From a virus (taxonomy: Duplodnaviria > Caudoviricetes): a stretch of 31,326 bases of DNA. Numbering within the stretch: position 1 is the first letter of the stretch; each line of letters begins with the position of its first letter. The notes beneath the pieces were generated by a model, which was not told the DNA's origin, ran no database searches, and saw only the letters and a program-made list of their open reading frames with translations. Both the position numbers and the translations under genes were made by a program. Positions 1-9,547 of the stretch are shown in pieces. Location of the stretch: positions 1-31,326 of the IMG/VR virus record IMGVR_UViG_3300027690_000117; one strand, 5' to 3'.

Positions 1-582
1 CTACCCCCTCAAAGCTATGTAGGTATACGACCGGCCATTGTAGTTCGTGTAGTTGGCGCCATGGCCCGTGCAGTCGCCTACGGTGAACCCGTCGGAGTCG
101 AGAGAGATGACGGCGTCGAGGTAATACTCGAAGTACGCCGTGAAGTCGCCTGAGACGGTGACCAGAGTCAGGGCATTGAGCCCGTCCTGGTTTGTCTTGA
201 AGAAAATACAGGTGGCCCCTATCGTCTGGACCTTAGCCCAGAGAATTACAAGCTTAGGCTGGAAGCCCAGGCCGGTGATGGCCTTCGTCGCGTTCCCGTC
301 TCCGGTGTAGGTCCCGAAAGCCACCCAAGTCCCGACCTGAATCCAGAAGTCGTTGGCCAGATCGTAGGCGAACATCTGCTCCAGGTCTGTCCGGTAGAAC
401 AGCGTCCGGTCGGCCAGGTCCGTGCCGTTGTGCATCGTGGTCGGAAAGGACGTCCCGCTGTTGATTCCGCCGTACTCATTCAGGAGGCAGAGGGGCAGGC
501 GATTGAGGGTGTCCTCATAGGTGTCGCTGTTGGCCCCGGTGACTCTTTCGGACGCCTTGATTGTCTTGCTGGTTATTGCCAC
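1..582 (-). CDS. Tail fibre / tail tip-associated protein
   Basis: 193 aa ORF after the hub gene, with GGAGG RBS. The C-terminal half (GTYTGDGNATKAITGLGFQPKLVIL...DGFTVG...NYNGRSYTYIA) resembles a beta-rich module common in phage tail fibre proteins. Confidence 0.65.
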   Translation of the reverse strand: MAITSKTIKASERVTGANSDTYEDTLNRLPLCLLNEYGGINSGTSFPTTMHNGTDLADRTLFYRTDLEQMFAYDLANDFWIQVGTWVAFGTYTGDGNATKAITGLGFQPKLVILWAKVQTIGATCIFFKTNQDGLNALTLVTVSGDFTAYFEYYLDAVISLDSDGFTVGDCTGHGANYTNYNGRSYTYIALRG

Positions 583-591
583 ACTGGCCTC

Positions 592-1758
592 CTAAATGTA
601 TTCGGTGGTGTCGCGGTTTCCGCTGTCGCCGGTGATGAAGACACCGGTATTGAGGGCCTCTATCAGAACCTCGTTGCCGTCAAAGTCCGGGGCCACCGAG
701 ATCAGGCGAAACATCTGGTTTCTCAGCGGGTCCAGGTTCTGGTCATAGAACCACTGGAGAGAGACTCCAATGATATCCCCCCGTTCCAGCGAGGCCGCCC
801 TGGGCCCCCTCAACCTGGCCTTCAGAACCGCCGGAGCGCTCTTGTAAAAGGCCACGATCAGGGCCTGAATGAGCTGGACTTCGGCCTCAGTCCTGATCCA
901 GGGGAACTCGAAACCCACCGACCGGATGCTCCGGTAGCGGGTTTCATAGTCCGTGGCGGCCTCGGCCGCGCCGTCCTCGAACCCCTCGAAGTCGCCCTTG
1001 GCCCAGTTGTAAGCGTAATCGACCACGGCCCGGGTGCAGACGGCGTCGTCGTCGAAATCTAATGAAGTGTTGGAGGGATCAAGATCAGAAGTCTTGAAGT
1101 GCGCCACCACGTCGGAGTTTTGCAGAGAACTCGGAGCTATGTGCGGCTGAAAGATCAGGGTCCCTTCGCCGCCCCGCCACCACGAGACCAGGCTGCTGAA
1201 GATTTCGCTTACCAGGCTGTCCGGCCGGAAGTCACTGGCAATCACTCCGGCCGCTGTCATGGGCAGTCCGGCCAGGTAGTTCCTGGTTCGGGTCTTGGAG
1301 GTCTCGTCCCATTCCAGGGAATTGAGGCCCGATTCGTTCAGGATGTCCTCGACGATGTCCATGGGGTTGTCGATCAGGGAGGCTCCCTCGTTCTTGCCCT
1401 TGCACCTGATGCTGATGGGCTCCAGATCAGACGCGTCGGCGGCGAAGGTCAGGGTGGCGATGGTTCCCTGGCTCTGGTAATCATTGGCCTCGTCAAAGGT
1501 GTAGTCGCCGCCGTCGACCTCCTCTCCGTCCTGGCCGTAGACCGCGACGGAGTTGCCGTTGGCCAGGCTCAGAATCTCGTGCCCGGCCACACAGTAGACA
1601 TGGTTCTCAGTGTCTATGCAGGGGCACTCCCAGACTCCGCCCTCACCCCCCTGGGTCAGGTCGCCGTAGACCCAGGGCAGACGGTCGCTGTCTCGGCCCG
1701 GGTTCGCGTACCGGGAGGCCCTGTTCAGATAGACGGTTTGACTCAGATCGGTAATCAT
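592..1758 (-). CDS. Baseplate hub / tail tip protein
   Basis: 388 aa acidic ORF in the post-TMP position. NPMDIVEDIL and the C-terminal 'AASLERGDIIGVSL...MFRLISV' pattern are typical of siphophage hub/tip proteins. Confidence 0.65.
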   Translation of the reverse strand: MITDLSQTVYLNRASRYANPGRDSDRLPWVYGDLTQGGEGGVWECPCIDTENHVYCVAGHEILSLANGNSVAVYGQDGEEVDGGDYTFDEANDYQSQGTIATLTFAADASDLEPISIRCKGKNEGASLIDNPMDIVEDILNESGLNSLEWDETSKTRTRNYLAGLPMTAAGVIASDFRPDSLVSEIFSSLVSWWRGGEGTLIFQPHIAPSSLQNSDVVAHFKTSDLDPSNTSLDFDDDAVCTRAVVDYAYNWAKGDFEGFEDGAAEAATDYETRYRSIRSVGFEFPWIRTEAEVQLIQALIVAFYKSAPAVLKARLRGPRAASLERGDIIGVSLQWFYDQNLDPLRNQMFRLISVAPDFDGNEVLIEALNTGVFITGDSGNRDTTEYI

Positions 1759-2291
1759 CAGTCCGCCCTCAGCCTGAGAGTGACACTCTCCGGGCCTACC
1801 GAAGCCTGCTTGATTCGTCCGTAAAATCGCTTGAGGGCGTCGTCAGAGGTCAGCTCCGGGAAGTTGACCGTGATCTCGGCCTGGGAGCCGACCAGGCCCT
1901 CGCCGTTCAAGGCCACCAGACGGCTGAAGTGCAAGAGCCCCTCCTCATCCGCCGTGTTCTTGAGCTTGATCGACACGTCGCCGGTCCGGCCGGCCGAGAG
2001 GAGGCCGATCAGTTCCCCGGCGCTGGCCTGAAGTGATTCGCTCAAGCTGCCCATGGCCTCCACGTCCCCCCGCCGCGAGAGGATCGGGCTGGCGTAGCGG
2101 CCGGCAAAGTCTGTCCCGTCGGCAGACCAGGAGCCGTCGGCCAGCCTCGGCTCCTGAAAGCCGGCCAGGGACAAGGGGGGAGCCATCTTGGAGTAGAGCC
2201 TTCTGCCTCCGGGGGTAAGGATTGCCAGAACCACCAGAGGCTGCCGATTCGTTTGCGCGGCGGCCCACCAGGCTGCTGTGATTCTAAACAC
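1758..2291 (-). CDS. Tail tip protein (hub N-terminal-like), hypothetical
   Basis: 177 aa ORF overlapping both neighbours (translational coupling). Has an LADGSWSADG motif and ends in a beta-strand pattern (FYGRIKQASVGPESVTLRL). Confidence 0.55.
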   Translation of the reverse strand: MFRITAAWWAAAQTNRQPLVVLAILTPGGRRLYSKMAPPLSLAGFQEPRLADGSWSADGTDFAGRYASPILSRRGDVEAMGSLSESLQASAGELIGLLSAGRTGDVSIKLKNTADEEGLLHFSRLVALNGEGLVGSQAEITVNFPELTSDDALKRFYGRIKQASVGPESVTLRLRAD

Positions 2292-4647
2292 CGGACCTCT
2301 CCGCCTCCGTCGCCTGGATGGGAATGTAATAGTGGTCCCGCCCCGCCTGGACCCTGGAAATCTTGTCCGTTGAAATCTTCAGGAGGAATGTGTTGGCCGA
2401 CGGCGATTCATTGCCGTAACAGAAGAAAAACGGCCTTATCCTTCTGGAGGCCGGGTCGAGAAGCCCCATCAAGAAGGTTGAGATTTCCTCCTCGACCGCC
2501 AGGGAATCGGCCAGGAAGGTGAAGCTGAAGTCGTTTTTCGGATCGTGGTCAACCGAAGAGAGGTCGTACCCGCGCGTGACATTCTCGTCGCCGGTGATGA
2601 TCGCCGTGGGGATCAAGCCCGTCCCGACAAACAGTTCCGAGATCTCCAGGTAGCCATCAGGGTTGTCGGGGTCAGTAACCTCCAGGCGCCAATACCTGGC
2701 CGAGCCGGTCAGGTCCAGCTTGGCCATGGTCCCGGAGGCCCAGGCGAGTGAATGAGAGGAGGCGGCCGCCCAGGCCGCCTCCGAGTCTTCATTGCCGTAC
2801 TTGAGGTTGATCGCGGCCCCGCTGCCGAAGTTGTGGTCGAGGATGACAATGGCCGTGGGGGAGGCGGCAGAATCCAGGTTCTCGGGGCCCGCCTCGATCT
2901 GGGCCCTGGTCAGGGTCTCGTCGTAAATCCTCAAGTTCCCAACGTAGCAGGCGAAGCAGGTCGCCCCGCTCTTGAACAGCTCGATGTCGGCCGCTACCCC
3001 GAAAGCGCCGTCGTATGGCGTCTCGGAGCCGTGCGACCAGGCCGCTCCGTTGTAGAACCCGACGTGCATGTCGGCGTCGCCGGTTCCGTCGCCGGGCTTC
3101 TCACTGGCGCTGCCCCACCAGCGGGCGTAGACGATGTAGGTCGTGTCCTTGACCGGGCTCAGGGAGGTTGAATGGGTGTTCGTCCCGTCGTCCATGCAGA
3201 GATAGCAGCTTCCGCCGGCGTCCTTGCGCCAGTAGAGGACCCCGGCCGCCGAGCCGCTGACCGTGGCGATACCGATGGTCTTGTCGTTGGGCGCGTCCGC
3301 CGCGTCGAATCTGGGGGTCCAGTCGAGGTAGAGCACTCCGGCGTCGTCGCTGAAGTTCCCGCTGGCCGCAATGCAGGGCTGGCCCTCCTCGGTGGCCCGG
3401 GTGGCCGCCGCCGTGGTCGTGGGGATCCAGGAGGTAGCAAGAGCGCCGCTTTCATTTTGCGGGCATTCCAGATCCAGGGCAAATGTTCCGTTGAGCCCCA
3501 GGAAGAACAGAAGGGCGCAGTTCGAAGCGGTCTGATTGGCCGTGAAGGTCAGGTCAAACCGCTGCAATTCCGTCGTTACATTGATCGAGGTGTTCAACCC
3601 GACGCTCGTATAGCCGGTGACCTCCCACATGTCGACGGGGATGGTCTTGGCGGTGTCGGCCTTGGCGTAGAATGAGACCGTGTACGTGTTCCCGTTCACG
3701 ACGGATTGAGGGTTGAGTCCCGTGTCGTTCCCGTACACAATGTCCGTGGAAGCGCCACCCTGCGCCGTCACCGATATGCGAACAGCCCGGGCTCCGGTGG
3801 CCGCTCGAATGATCGAGGAGGTGAGGCTGGGGGTAGCGGCGGCCCCACCGGAGATGGAGGCGAACCAATAGGTGTTGACCGCTGCATCCAGCAGGATCCA
3901 ATTCCCGCCGCCCGCGTCATACCACTGACAGGTGGAGTCGATGTCCGAGCACAGGAAAGTGTTGGTCGCCGCCGGCTCAAGAAGGAGGGCCTTGCGCCCG
4001 TTGATCTCCTCGAAGCGCGGCTCGTTCGCCGAGGCTAGGTCAATTAGGCCTGTGTCCGGATCTACGTAGCTGGCCTGGGAGGCCCGGACAAGGGTCAGGG
4101 CGCCCTGGCCGGTCTTCAGGGTCAGGCTGCTTTCCAGCAGGGCCTGAACCAGGAGGGCCTCGTAGGCGCCGCCCAGGTCGGCGGTGATGTAATCGGGCGA
4201 GTCCAGGCCGTCCGACCGCCAGGCCGAGTCCCGGTTCAGATCGGACAGGTTGGCCAGGCCGAAGCTGGCCGCGGCGATGATCACCCAGTTATCGCCGACA
4301 ATAAAGTCATCTCCCTCCCCGGCGACCCACTTGATCTCCACGCCCCGGTCCAGCTCGATGTAAGTGTCGGACGTGGCGACGCCCTCGGCCTCCCAGGTGG
4401 CGGTCGAGTCGCTCCGCTTCCACCTGAAGGTCGCCTCACCGACGCTGGCCCCGCCGCTCACGTCGTCGATCTGGACGCAGTAGGTGACGGTGAACAGTCC
4501 TTCATAGGACCCGGCCGTGTAGGCCACGGCCGAGCCGGTGCCGGTCTTGATCGGGAAGCCGACGCTGCCGCCCTTGACCGATGAGGCGGCCAGGGTCGTG
4601 GCGTCCAGGCCGTCGAGGAGATTGGATTGTCCGAACCAGTATGCCAT
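2284..4647 (-). CDS. Distal tail (Dit-like) protein with inserted carbohydrate-binding domains
   Basis: 787 aa ORF directly after the TMP. A discoidin/F5-8-like fold is split into AWRS...YITADLG and PTAIVILDHNF...RYWRLEVTDPDNPDGYLEISELFVG. The insert carries CBM-like (GNTYTVSFYAKAD) and lectin-like segments. Confidence 0.6.
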   Translation of the reverse strand: MAYWFGQSNLLDGLDATTLAASSVKGGSVGFPIKTGTGSAVAYTAGSYEGLFTVTYCVQIDDVSGGASVGEATFRWKRSDSTATWEAEGVATSDTYIELDRGVEIKWVAGEGDDFIVGDNWVIIAAASFGLANLSDLNRDSAWRSDGLDSPDYITADLGGAYEALLVQALLESSLTLKTGQGALTLVRASQASYVDPDTGLIDLASANEPRFEEINGRKALLLEPAATNTFLCSDIDSTCQWYDAGGGNWILLDAAVNTYWFASISGGAAATPSLTSSIIRAATGARAVRISVTAQGGASTDIVYGNDTGLNPQSVVNGNTYTVSFYAKADTAKTIPVDMWEVTGYTSVGLNTSINVTTELQRFDLTFTANQTASNCALLFFLGLNGTFALDLECPQNESGALATSWIPTTTAAATRATEEGQPCIAASGNFSDDAGVLYLDWTPRFDAADAPNDKTIGIATVSGSAAGVLYWRKDAGGSCYLCMDDGTNTHSTSLSPVKDTTYIVYARWWGSASEKPGDGTGDADMHVGFYNGAAWSHGSETPYDGAFGVAADIELFKSGATCFACYVGNLRIYDETLTRAQIEAGPENLDSAASPTAIVILDHNFGSGAAINLKYGNEDSEAAWAAASSHSLAWASGTMAKLDLTGSARYWRLEVTDPDNPDGYLEISELFVGTGLIPTAIITGDENVTRGYDLSSVDHDPKNDFSFTFLADSLAVEEEISTFLMGLLDPASRRIRPFFFCYGNESPSANTFLLKISTDKISRVQAGRDHYYIPIQATEAERSGV

Positions 4648-4648
4648 G

Positions 4649-7600
4649 TCAGGCCCTCGCTCCGCGCTCGTAATACTTGATCCAGCTCACGACCTTGCTG
4701 CCCACCCGGTCCATGACCCGCGGGTCGTCAATGGACACGCCGTCGACGTGAACGTGGACCTCGTAGTTGCTGGTCACGCTCGACTGGGCGGGCGGCGAGG
4801 CCTGGCCCAGGGAGATGAGCTTGTTCAGGTAGGCCGGGATGACCGCCTCGCCCTGGTGGAGGGTGTAGCGCCCGGTCCGGGGAACGTAGGTGGTGCCGTG
4901 CTGGTAAGACTTGTTCTGGCCGCTCCTGTCAGGCTGTCCGGGCTTTGGAGTGGTGGGCTTATCCGTGCTATCCGCACCTCTTGAGGAAGCGGCTCTGACC
5001 CTATTAGCCCAATCCGAACCCATAATTGTTGATACGTAATTCCAGAAGTCCCCTTCAGCCCCGGAGGCCTGAAAGGTTATCCGCAGCATAGCCACTATCA
5101 GCCTATCAAAGGCCTCAATGAGCTCGTTGATCGGATTCTCTAAGTTGAGCGCCTCCGCCAACTCCTCTGCACGTTCGATTGTGGCCGCCATGACATCCCG
5201 ACTACCGGCCATGGCCGCGTCCAAGGCGGTCAGGTCATCTCCGGAGAGTTGCTGTAGATAGGTATCCAGCCTGGCCAAGGTCGAGTCCGTGAAATCAGTG
5301 AAGGTGAAACCGGTGGCCTCTATAGCCCGCCGCAGATCATCATCATTCTGAAGTAATGATCTGGTCGCTTCATTACTCAAGGCCGCCAAAGCAGCGCCAG
5401 CTTGAGATGCATCCTCTCCAGTCCACCAAGCCTGTAAAGCCTCGTATTCGCCCATCTGAGCCCTGAGCCCGGCCACGGTCCCACGCCGACTTGCGGCAGC
5501 CCCCAACACGTTCGCCCGTTCGTCTTCGGACAGGCCCCCGAATACCAGGGCGTTCCAGGAGTTCTTAAGGGTGTTAAGGGTGGCGGTCAGCCGGTCGGTT
5601 CCGTTCTCCAGCTGGGTCGCCTCGGCCCTGAGAATGCCCGCAGACGTGGTCAGGTTGGACACGTAGTCCTGGATGTCTTTGATGCTGTTCGCCAGGGATT
5701 CGTCGTCGCCCGAGAGCATGTTGCTCAGGACATTGGCGAACATGTTCCTCAGGCTGGTGAAGAGCTGGTTGAGGTTTTCGTCGTTGACTATCGCGTCGTA
5801 CATGTCCCCCAGGGCTTCCTGCCAGTATGAGGTGTCGCCCAGATCGTCCAGGATGTCCTGAAGGCTCTCCCGGGCCTGGCCGATGGATATGGCCGCGTTG
5901 GTCCCGGAAGCCCCGCCGTTCGCGGCCGTGTTCACCTCGCCCTCGAACTCCCTGACCGCGTCGCGGAACAGGTTGACCATCTCCTCAAAGGTGATGGTCC
6001 CGTTCCTGAACTGGTCCAGGATGGGCTCGAACTGCTCCCTGAGCTTGAGGTCTGAGGCCTCCCGGAGCAGGGCCTCGATGGTCCCGGACTGGCCCTGGAG
6101 CCACTGAGCCAAGGGCCAGTCGCCCCTCTCCATGTTGGAGCCATACCACTCGTTAAAGCTCCGCTCCAGGGCGTCGATCTGGTTGAAGACGTCGTACTGC
6201 TCGGGAATCCGGGTGTACATCTCGTACCGTTCCGGGCTCAGGTTGGCCCGGGCGTAGGCGTTCATCTGCTCCCGGGTCATCCCGCCGGCCCCGGCCAGCC
6301 AGGTGTAGTGCTGGTAGCCGGTCATGGCCCGGCGGAAGTAGTCCTCCCAATTGGTCTCGTCGGCCCCTTGAAGCAGGTGGAGCCGGCTGACGAAATCGCC
6401 CCAGTAAGGCCCCCGGGCCGCTTCCAGCATCTCCTGCTGGGAGCCGTAGCGCTGGCGCATCCTGGAGGTCCAGGAGGTGTTGCCCGAGCCGATCCCCAAG
6501 AACTGACCGATCATGGGACCGAACTGGGATATGGCCAGAGGCACGCCGTACAGGGCGGCCGGGCCCATCCAGGAGCTCCAGAAGGCGGCAAAGGAGCTGA
6601 AGGCAGAAGCAGCAGCGGATGTTGCCCCAGTCACCCCCGATATGGCGGCCCCGAACATGTCGTCAACCGCCGCCGCAAGAGAAGATCCGGAGCCAAAAAA
6701 GCTGGCGATGGAGCTTCCTATATTGCTGAAGAGCCGGCCGATGGCCGTGTCCTTGAAGACCCCGCCCAGGGCGCTCCTGATCCAGCCGCCCAAGGTCTGG
6801 CCCAGGCTCTTGGCGCTCAGGCCTTCCAGAACGCCCTTGAAGGCGTCCTTGAACAGGGTGTTGAAGGTGGTGGCAAAGAATTCGCCGAGGTAGTTGACGA
6901 CCACCTGGGAGAAGGCCAGGGCAAAGATGTCGCCCACGGCCTGGCCGAAGTTCTTCCAGGCGTCCTTGGCCCCGGTCATCCAGTCGGCCAAGCGCTGGGC
7001 GATGGCGCTCAGGGTGTTGCCCCAGGCTTGCTCGAAGACCCGGAAATACTCGCCGCACTCGTCAACGTAGCGCTCCTGGTTGGCGATGAGCCGGCCCGTC
7101 TTGGCCTCGTCCAGGGCCAGGCAGGTCTCGGCCGAGTCGGCGTAAAGACCTGCGGTCGCCTCAGCCGTCTGGTCGGCGGCCTGCTCCTGCCTGCGCAGGT
7201 TGTCCAGGTACTCGCCGGTGGTCTCCCGGTCCTGGCGGAGGAAGTCGGAGAAGGAGTCGGCCTGGATCTCCTTGACCGCCTCGGTGGTCTGTTGGACCGC
7301 CTCCCGCCGCTCCCTCTGCTCGTCGTTGATGCTGGCGATCCTCTCCAGACCCTGGTTCTCGAAGTCCCCGGTCCAGAGCTCCAAGTCCTTGCCTATAGCC
7401 GTGGTGGTGATCCGGCTGCTCTCGACCAGCCCGGAATTAAGGTTGGAGTAGGCCCGTCCCTGGTCCTGCGTCCCAAGGACGACATTGTTCGTGTACTTGC
7501 GCCAGCTCCCTTGGCAGACAAAAAGCGAATCAGTGGTCCCGTCTCTGAAACGGAGCACCGCTTGAAAAACGTTGTCCATTGCCTTAGTGGCTTGGTCGCT

Positions 7601-8497
7601 GTCCTGGACAAAGTTATAGGCGGCCGGCTGGATGGAACCTCCCTGGCCGCCTTGGAAGGACATGGGCTCGGCGGGCGATGGCGTCCAGCCTTCGGGCGGG
7701 GCTACCGGTTGATTTGTCCTATCCCTCTGCTCCTTTAGTCTCTGAATGGCCTCACGGTAAGCATTTCGTTCTTTTTCCAAGTATTCGCCGCCGTTCCCGC
7801 CGAGCTGAGCATCCGCATAATCTCTCTCGAAATCTAGGCGGCTCACGAAGTCCCGCAGCTCTTTTTGTGTCGGTTCAGGAAGAAATTCAATATCCTTGAT
7901 AGGGACGTTCAACCATTCAGCCGCCTTTTGTTGGAGTATTTGGATTTGGGCATCTCTCTTCTCTTTCATCCAGCCCAGTGCTGATTTCGCCAGATCAACG
8001 CTCCGTTCGAAAGATATTACGAGTTCGCCTATATACCATTCCAAGAAGTGCAATATATATGTTCGAGGATTGTCGAAAGCCTCAGCAGTAAGCCGCATAC
8101 TATCAAGCAACTTTTCGGGAATAATCTCCTGTCCCCTCCGAACACCCTCTCTGTAGTACGGGTCGAAGTCGGAAAGCATGTTGCGGCGGTACCGGGGTCG
8201 CCCTGTTGATGACGAACTCTCAGAATTGCCTGAAGATTCATTATATGCCTGTGAAGTTGCACCAGGCTGGGGCAGCATCTCTTGGATAGACTTCGCTTTT
8301 CTGCCCGCTTCCTCGAGCGCCCGGCCTAACTCGTTAGTTGCAGTGGTGGCCGCTAACTGAAAGCTTGTATTTAGTTGAGCGATGATGGTGGTTGAAGCCT
8401 CAATCTCTCTCTTGGTAATAGAGGTCACTTGCTTCAAAGCTTTCTCATATGGCCCAATGTCGGCCATTACCTTGATTCTCAAATCTGACAGATCCAT
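4649..8497 (-). CDS. Full-length tape measure protein (TMP-D), ~1282 aa
   Basis: Long Ala/Gly-rich helical ORF just upstream of the distal tail genes. TMP-type N-terminus (DLRIKVMADIGPYEKAL) and C-terminal motif YQHGTTYVPRTGRYTLHQGEAVIPA. Start moved to ATG 8497, behind a GAGAGGG RBS. Confidence 0.88.
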   Translation of the reverse strand: MDLSDLRIKVMADIGPYEKALKQVTSITKREIEASTTIIAQLNTSFQLAATTATNELGRALEEAGRKAKSIQEMLPQPGATSQAYNESSGNSESSSSTGRPRYRRNMLSDFDPYYREGVRRGQEIIPEKLLDSMRLTAEAFDNPRTYILHFLEWYIGELVISFERSVDLAKSALGWMKEKRDAQIQILQQKAAEWLNVPIKDIEFLPEPTQKELRDFVSRLDFERDYADAQLGGNGGEYLEKERNAYREAIQRLKEQRDRTNQPVAPPEGWTPSPAEPMSFQGGQGGSIQPAAYNFVQDSDQATKAMDNVFQAVLRFRDGTTDSLFVCQGSWRKYTNNVVLGTQDQGRAYSNLNSGLVESSRITTTAIGKDLELWTGDFENQGLERIASINDEQRERREAVQQTTEAVKEIQADSFSDFLRQDRETTGEYLDNLRRQEQAADQTAEATAGLYADSAETCLALDEAKTGRLIANQERYVDECGEYFRVFEQAWGNTLSAIAQRLADWMTGAKDAWKNFGQAVGDIFALAFSQVVVNYLGEFFATTFNTLFKDAFKGVLEGLSAKSLGQTLGGWIRSALGGVFKDTAIGRLFSNIGSSIASFFGSGSSLAAAVDDMFGAAISGVTGATSAAASAFSSFAAFWSSWMGPAALYGVPLAISQFGPMIGQFLGIGSGNTSWTSRMRQRYGSQQEMLEAARGPYWGDFVSRLHLLQGADETNWEDYFRRAMTGYQHYTWLAGAGGMTREQMNAYARANLSPERYEMYTRIPEQYDVFNQIDALERSFNEWYGSNMERGDWPLAQWLQGQSGTIEALLREASDLKLREQFEPILDQFRNGTITFEEMVNLFRDAVREFEGEVNTAANGGASGTNAAISIGQARESLQDILDDLGDTSYWQEALGDMYDAIVNDENLNQLFTSLRNMFANVLSNMLSGDDESLANSIKDIQDYVSNLTTSAGILRAEATQLENGTDRLTATLNTLKNSWNALVFGGLSEDERANVLGAAASRRGTVAGLRAQMGEYEALQAWWTGEDASQAGAALAALSNEATRSLLQNDDDLRRAIEATGFTFTDFTDSTLARLDTYLQQLSGDDLTALDAAMAGSRDVMAATIERAEELAEALNLENPINELIEAFDRLIVAMLRITFQASGAEGDFWNYVSTIMGSDWANRVRAASSRGADSTDKPTTPKPGQPDRSGQNKSYQHGTTYVPRTGRYTLHQGEAVIPAYLNKLISLGQASPPAQSSVTSNYEVHVHVDGVSIDDPRVMDRVGSKVVSWIKYYERGARA

Positions 8498-8719
8498 TGT
8501 CACCCTCTCACTTGGCTGAAGGAGAAACTCAACCACAAAGAGGCAAATAGAGCGGCCGGGGCGGTTTGAGCAGCCCGCACAGCTCAACAAGCGCCACCAC
8601 GTTTTTCGGTGTTTGTACCCTGATTATTGGGGTAATAGATTGTTACACACTTCAAGTGTGTGCAACAGCTCGCTGATATTTGACCTGCGCACCCTGTTTA
8701 CGGTGAGCATTCAGGGGCC

Positions 8720-9067
8720 TTAAAAATAGCTCATGATGCCAAACGTCAGGTAACTGAAAACGAAAATGGCCACGGAACTGAGCATGACTATGAGGCCGTA
8801 CCTCTTCCTACCTCTCGAGTACCCTAATCGCCCAAGGATGAAAGCGGCCACGTTAAGTGGAATACATGTTCCGGGGGGCATGATCAAAGTCCAAAATAAG
8901 AGGGCCAAGCCGATCCGGCTGAGGCGCAATGCTATCCGTTCCTGGCTACCCCGGGGGTAGGTGTTCTTCGCCAGCCCAAGCCAAGTTGTCGCGACAATAG
9001 CCGCAGGCAAACCAGCCAGCATCAGGTAGCCCCACCAGAATGGAACGCTCGAAGGTTGGCTCAACAC
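8720..9067 (-). CDS. Small multi-pass membrane protein (moron-like)
   Basis: 115 aa with 3-4 hydrophobic segments, GGAGGG RBS before GTG, lower GC, and its own promoter at 9142-9170. Not homologous to the five-member family. Confidence 0.75.
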   Translation of the reverse strand: MLSQPSSVPFWWGYLMLAGLPAAIVATTWLGLAKNTYPRGSQERIALRLSRIGLALLFWTLIMPPGTCIPLNVAAFILGRLGYSRGRKRYGLIVMLSSVAIFVFSYLTFGIMSYF

Positions 9068-9141
9068 TGTTCCCTCCTAGAGTATTACTTTGAGAGTTCA
9101 GGTTTGCCAGGCGAATTGTAACCTCCAGCCCGCGCCTTTCT

Positions 9142-9170
9142 ATTAAATCAAATGCGAGATATCGTGGCAA
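9142..9170 (-). promoter_or_regulatory. Sigma70-like promoter
   Basis: Minus strand reads TTGCCA-17 nt-TTTAAT with an extended -10 TG, the same architecture as the other cassette promoters. Confidence 0.6.
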
Positions 9171-9180
9171 CCTAAAACTC

Positions 9181-9387
9181 TTATGCAGTTTCCGGCTGAG
9201 CGTCCCCTTCCAGCGCTTGCCCCAGCACCACCGCCGCAGCGTTTACTTTCTGGAGACTTAAGCCAGACTTGGCTTCCATGGCTGCTATGGCCTCGAACCC
9301 CGGCCGGACGGTGGCAGGCATGCGGGCCGTGGCCAGCTCCAGGGGCCCAAGATTGGCTGCAACCTTTACTGTAAGATTCTCGGTCAT
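9181..9387 (-). pseudogene. Truncated TMP N-terminus (TMP-C, 68 aa)
   Basis: MTENLTVKVAANLGPLELATARMPATVRPGFEAIAAMEAKSGLSLQKVNAAAVVLGQALEG is nearly identical to the TMP-A N-terminus, then the ORF stops. Confidence 0.85.
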
Positions 9388-9492
9388 TTGGTGTACTTTC
9401 CTTTTTGTCTCCAGTGTCGGCCCCAAGGGGCCGCCGGGGTCTATACTGGGCAATCAAAAAGAGACCCGTGTGGGTCTCTCTTCTCAGACTTG
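9205..9492. repeat. Direct repeat of ~15026-15312 (terminator + TMP RBS + TMP N-terminus)
   Basis: Near-identical ~290 bp on direct comparison of the two regions. Confidence 0.9.
9456..9479 (-). terminator. Rho-independent terminator after the membrane gene
   Basis: AGAGACCC-acac-GGGTCTCT followed by a T run on the minus strand. Confidence 0.75.
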
Positions 9493-9547
9493 TTTGCCAC
9501 TCGTTTTAAGCAGGCGTAAAACGTTACAATCTGTTTATTATGACACC

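Noticed and set aside
8641-8667. Hairpin ACACACT-tca-AGTGTGT upstream of TMP-D
   Set aside because: No U-tract and only a single copy, so it cannot be assigned as a terminator or operator.
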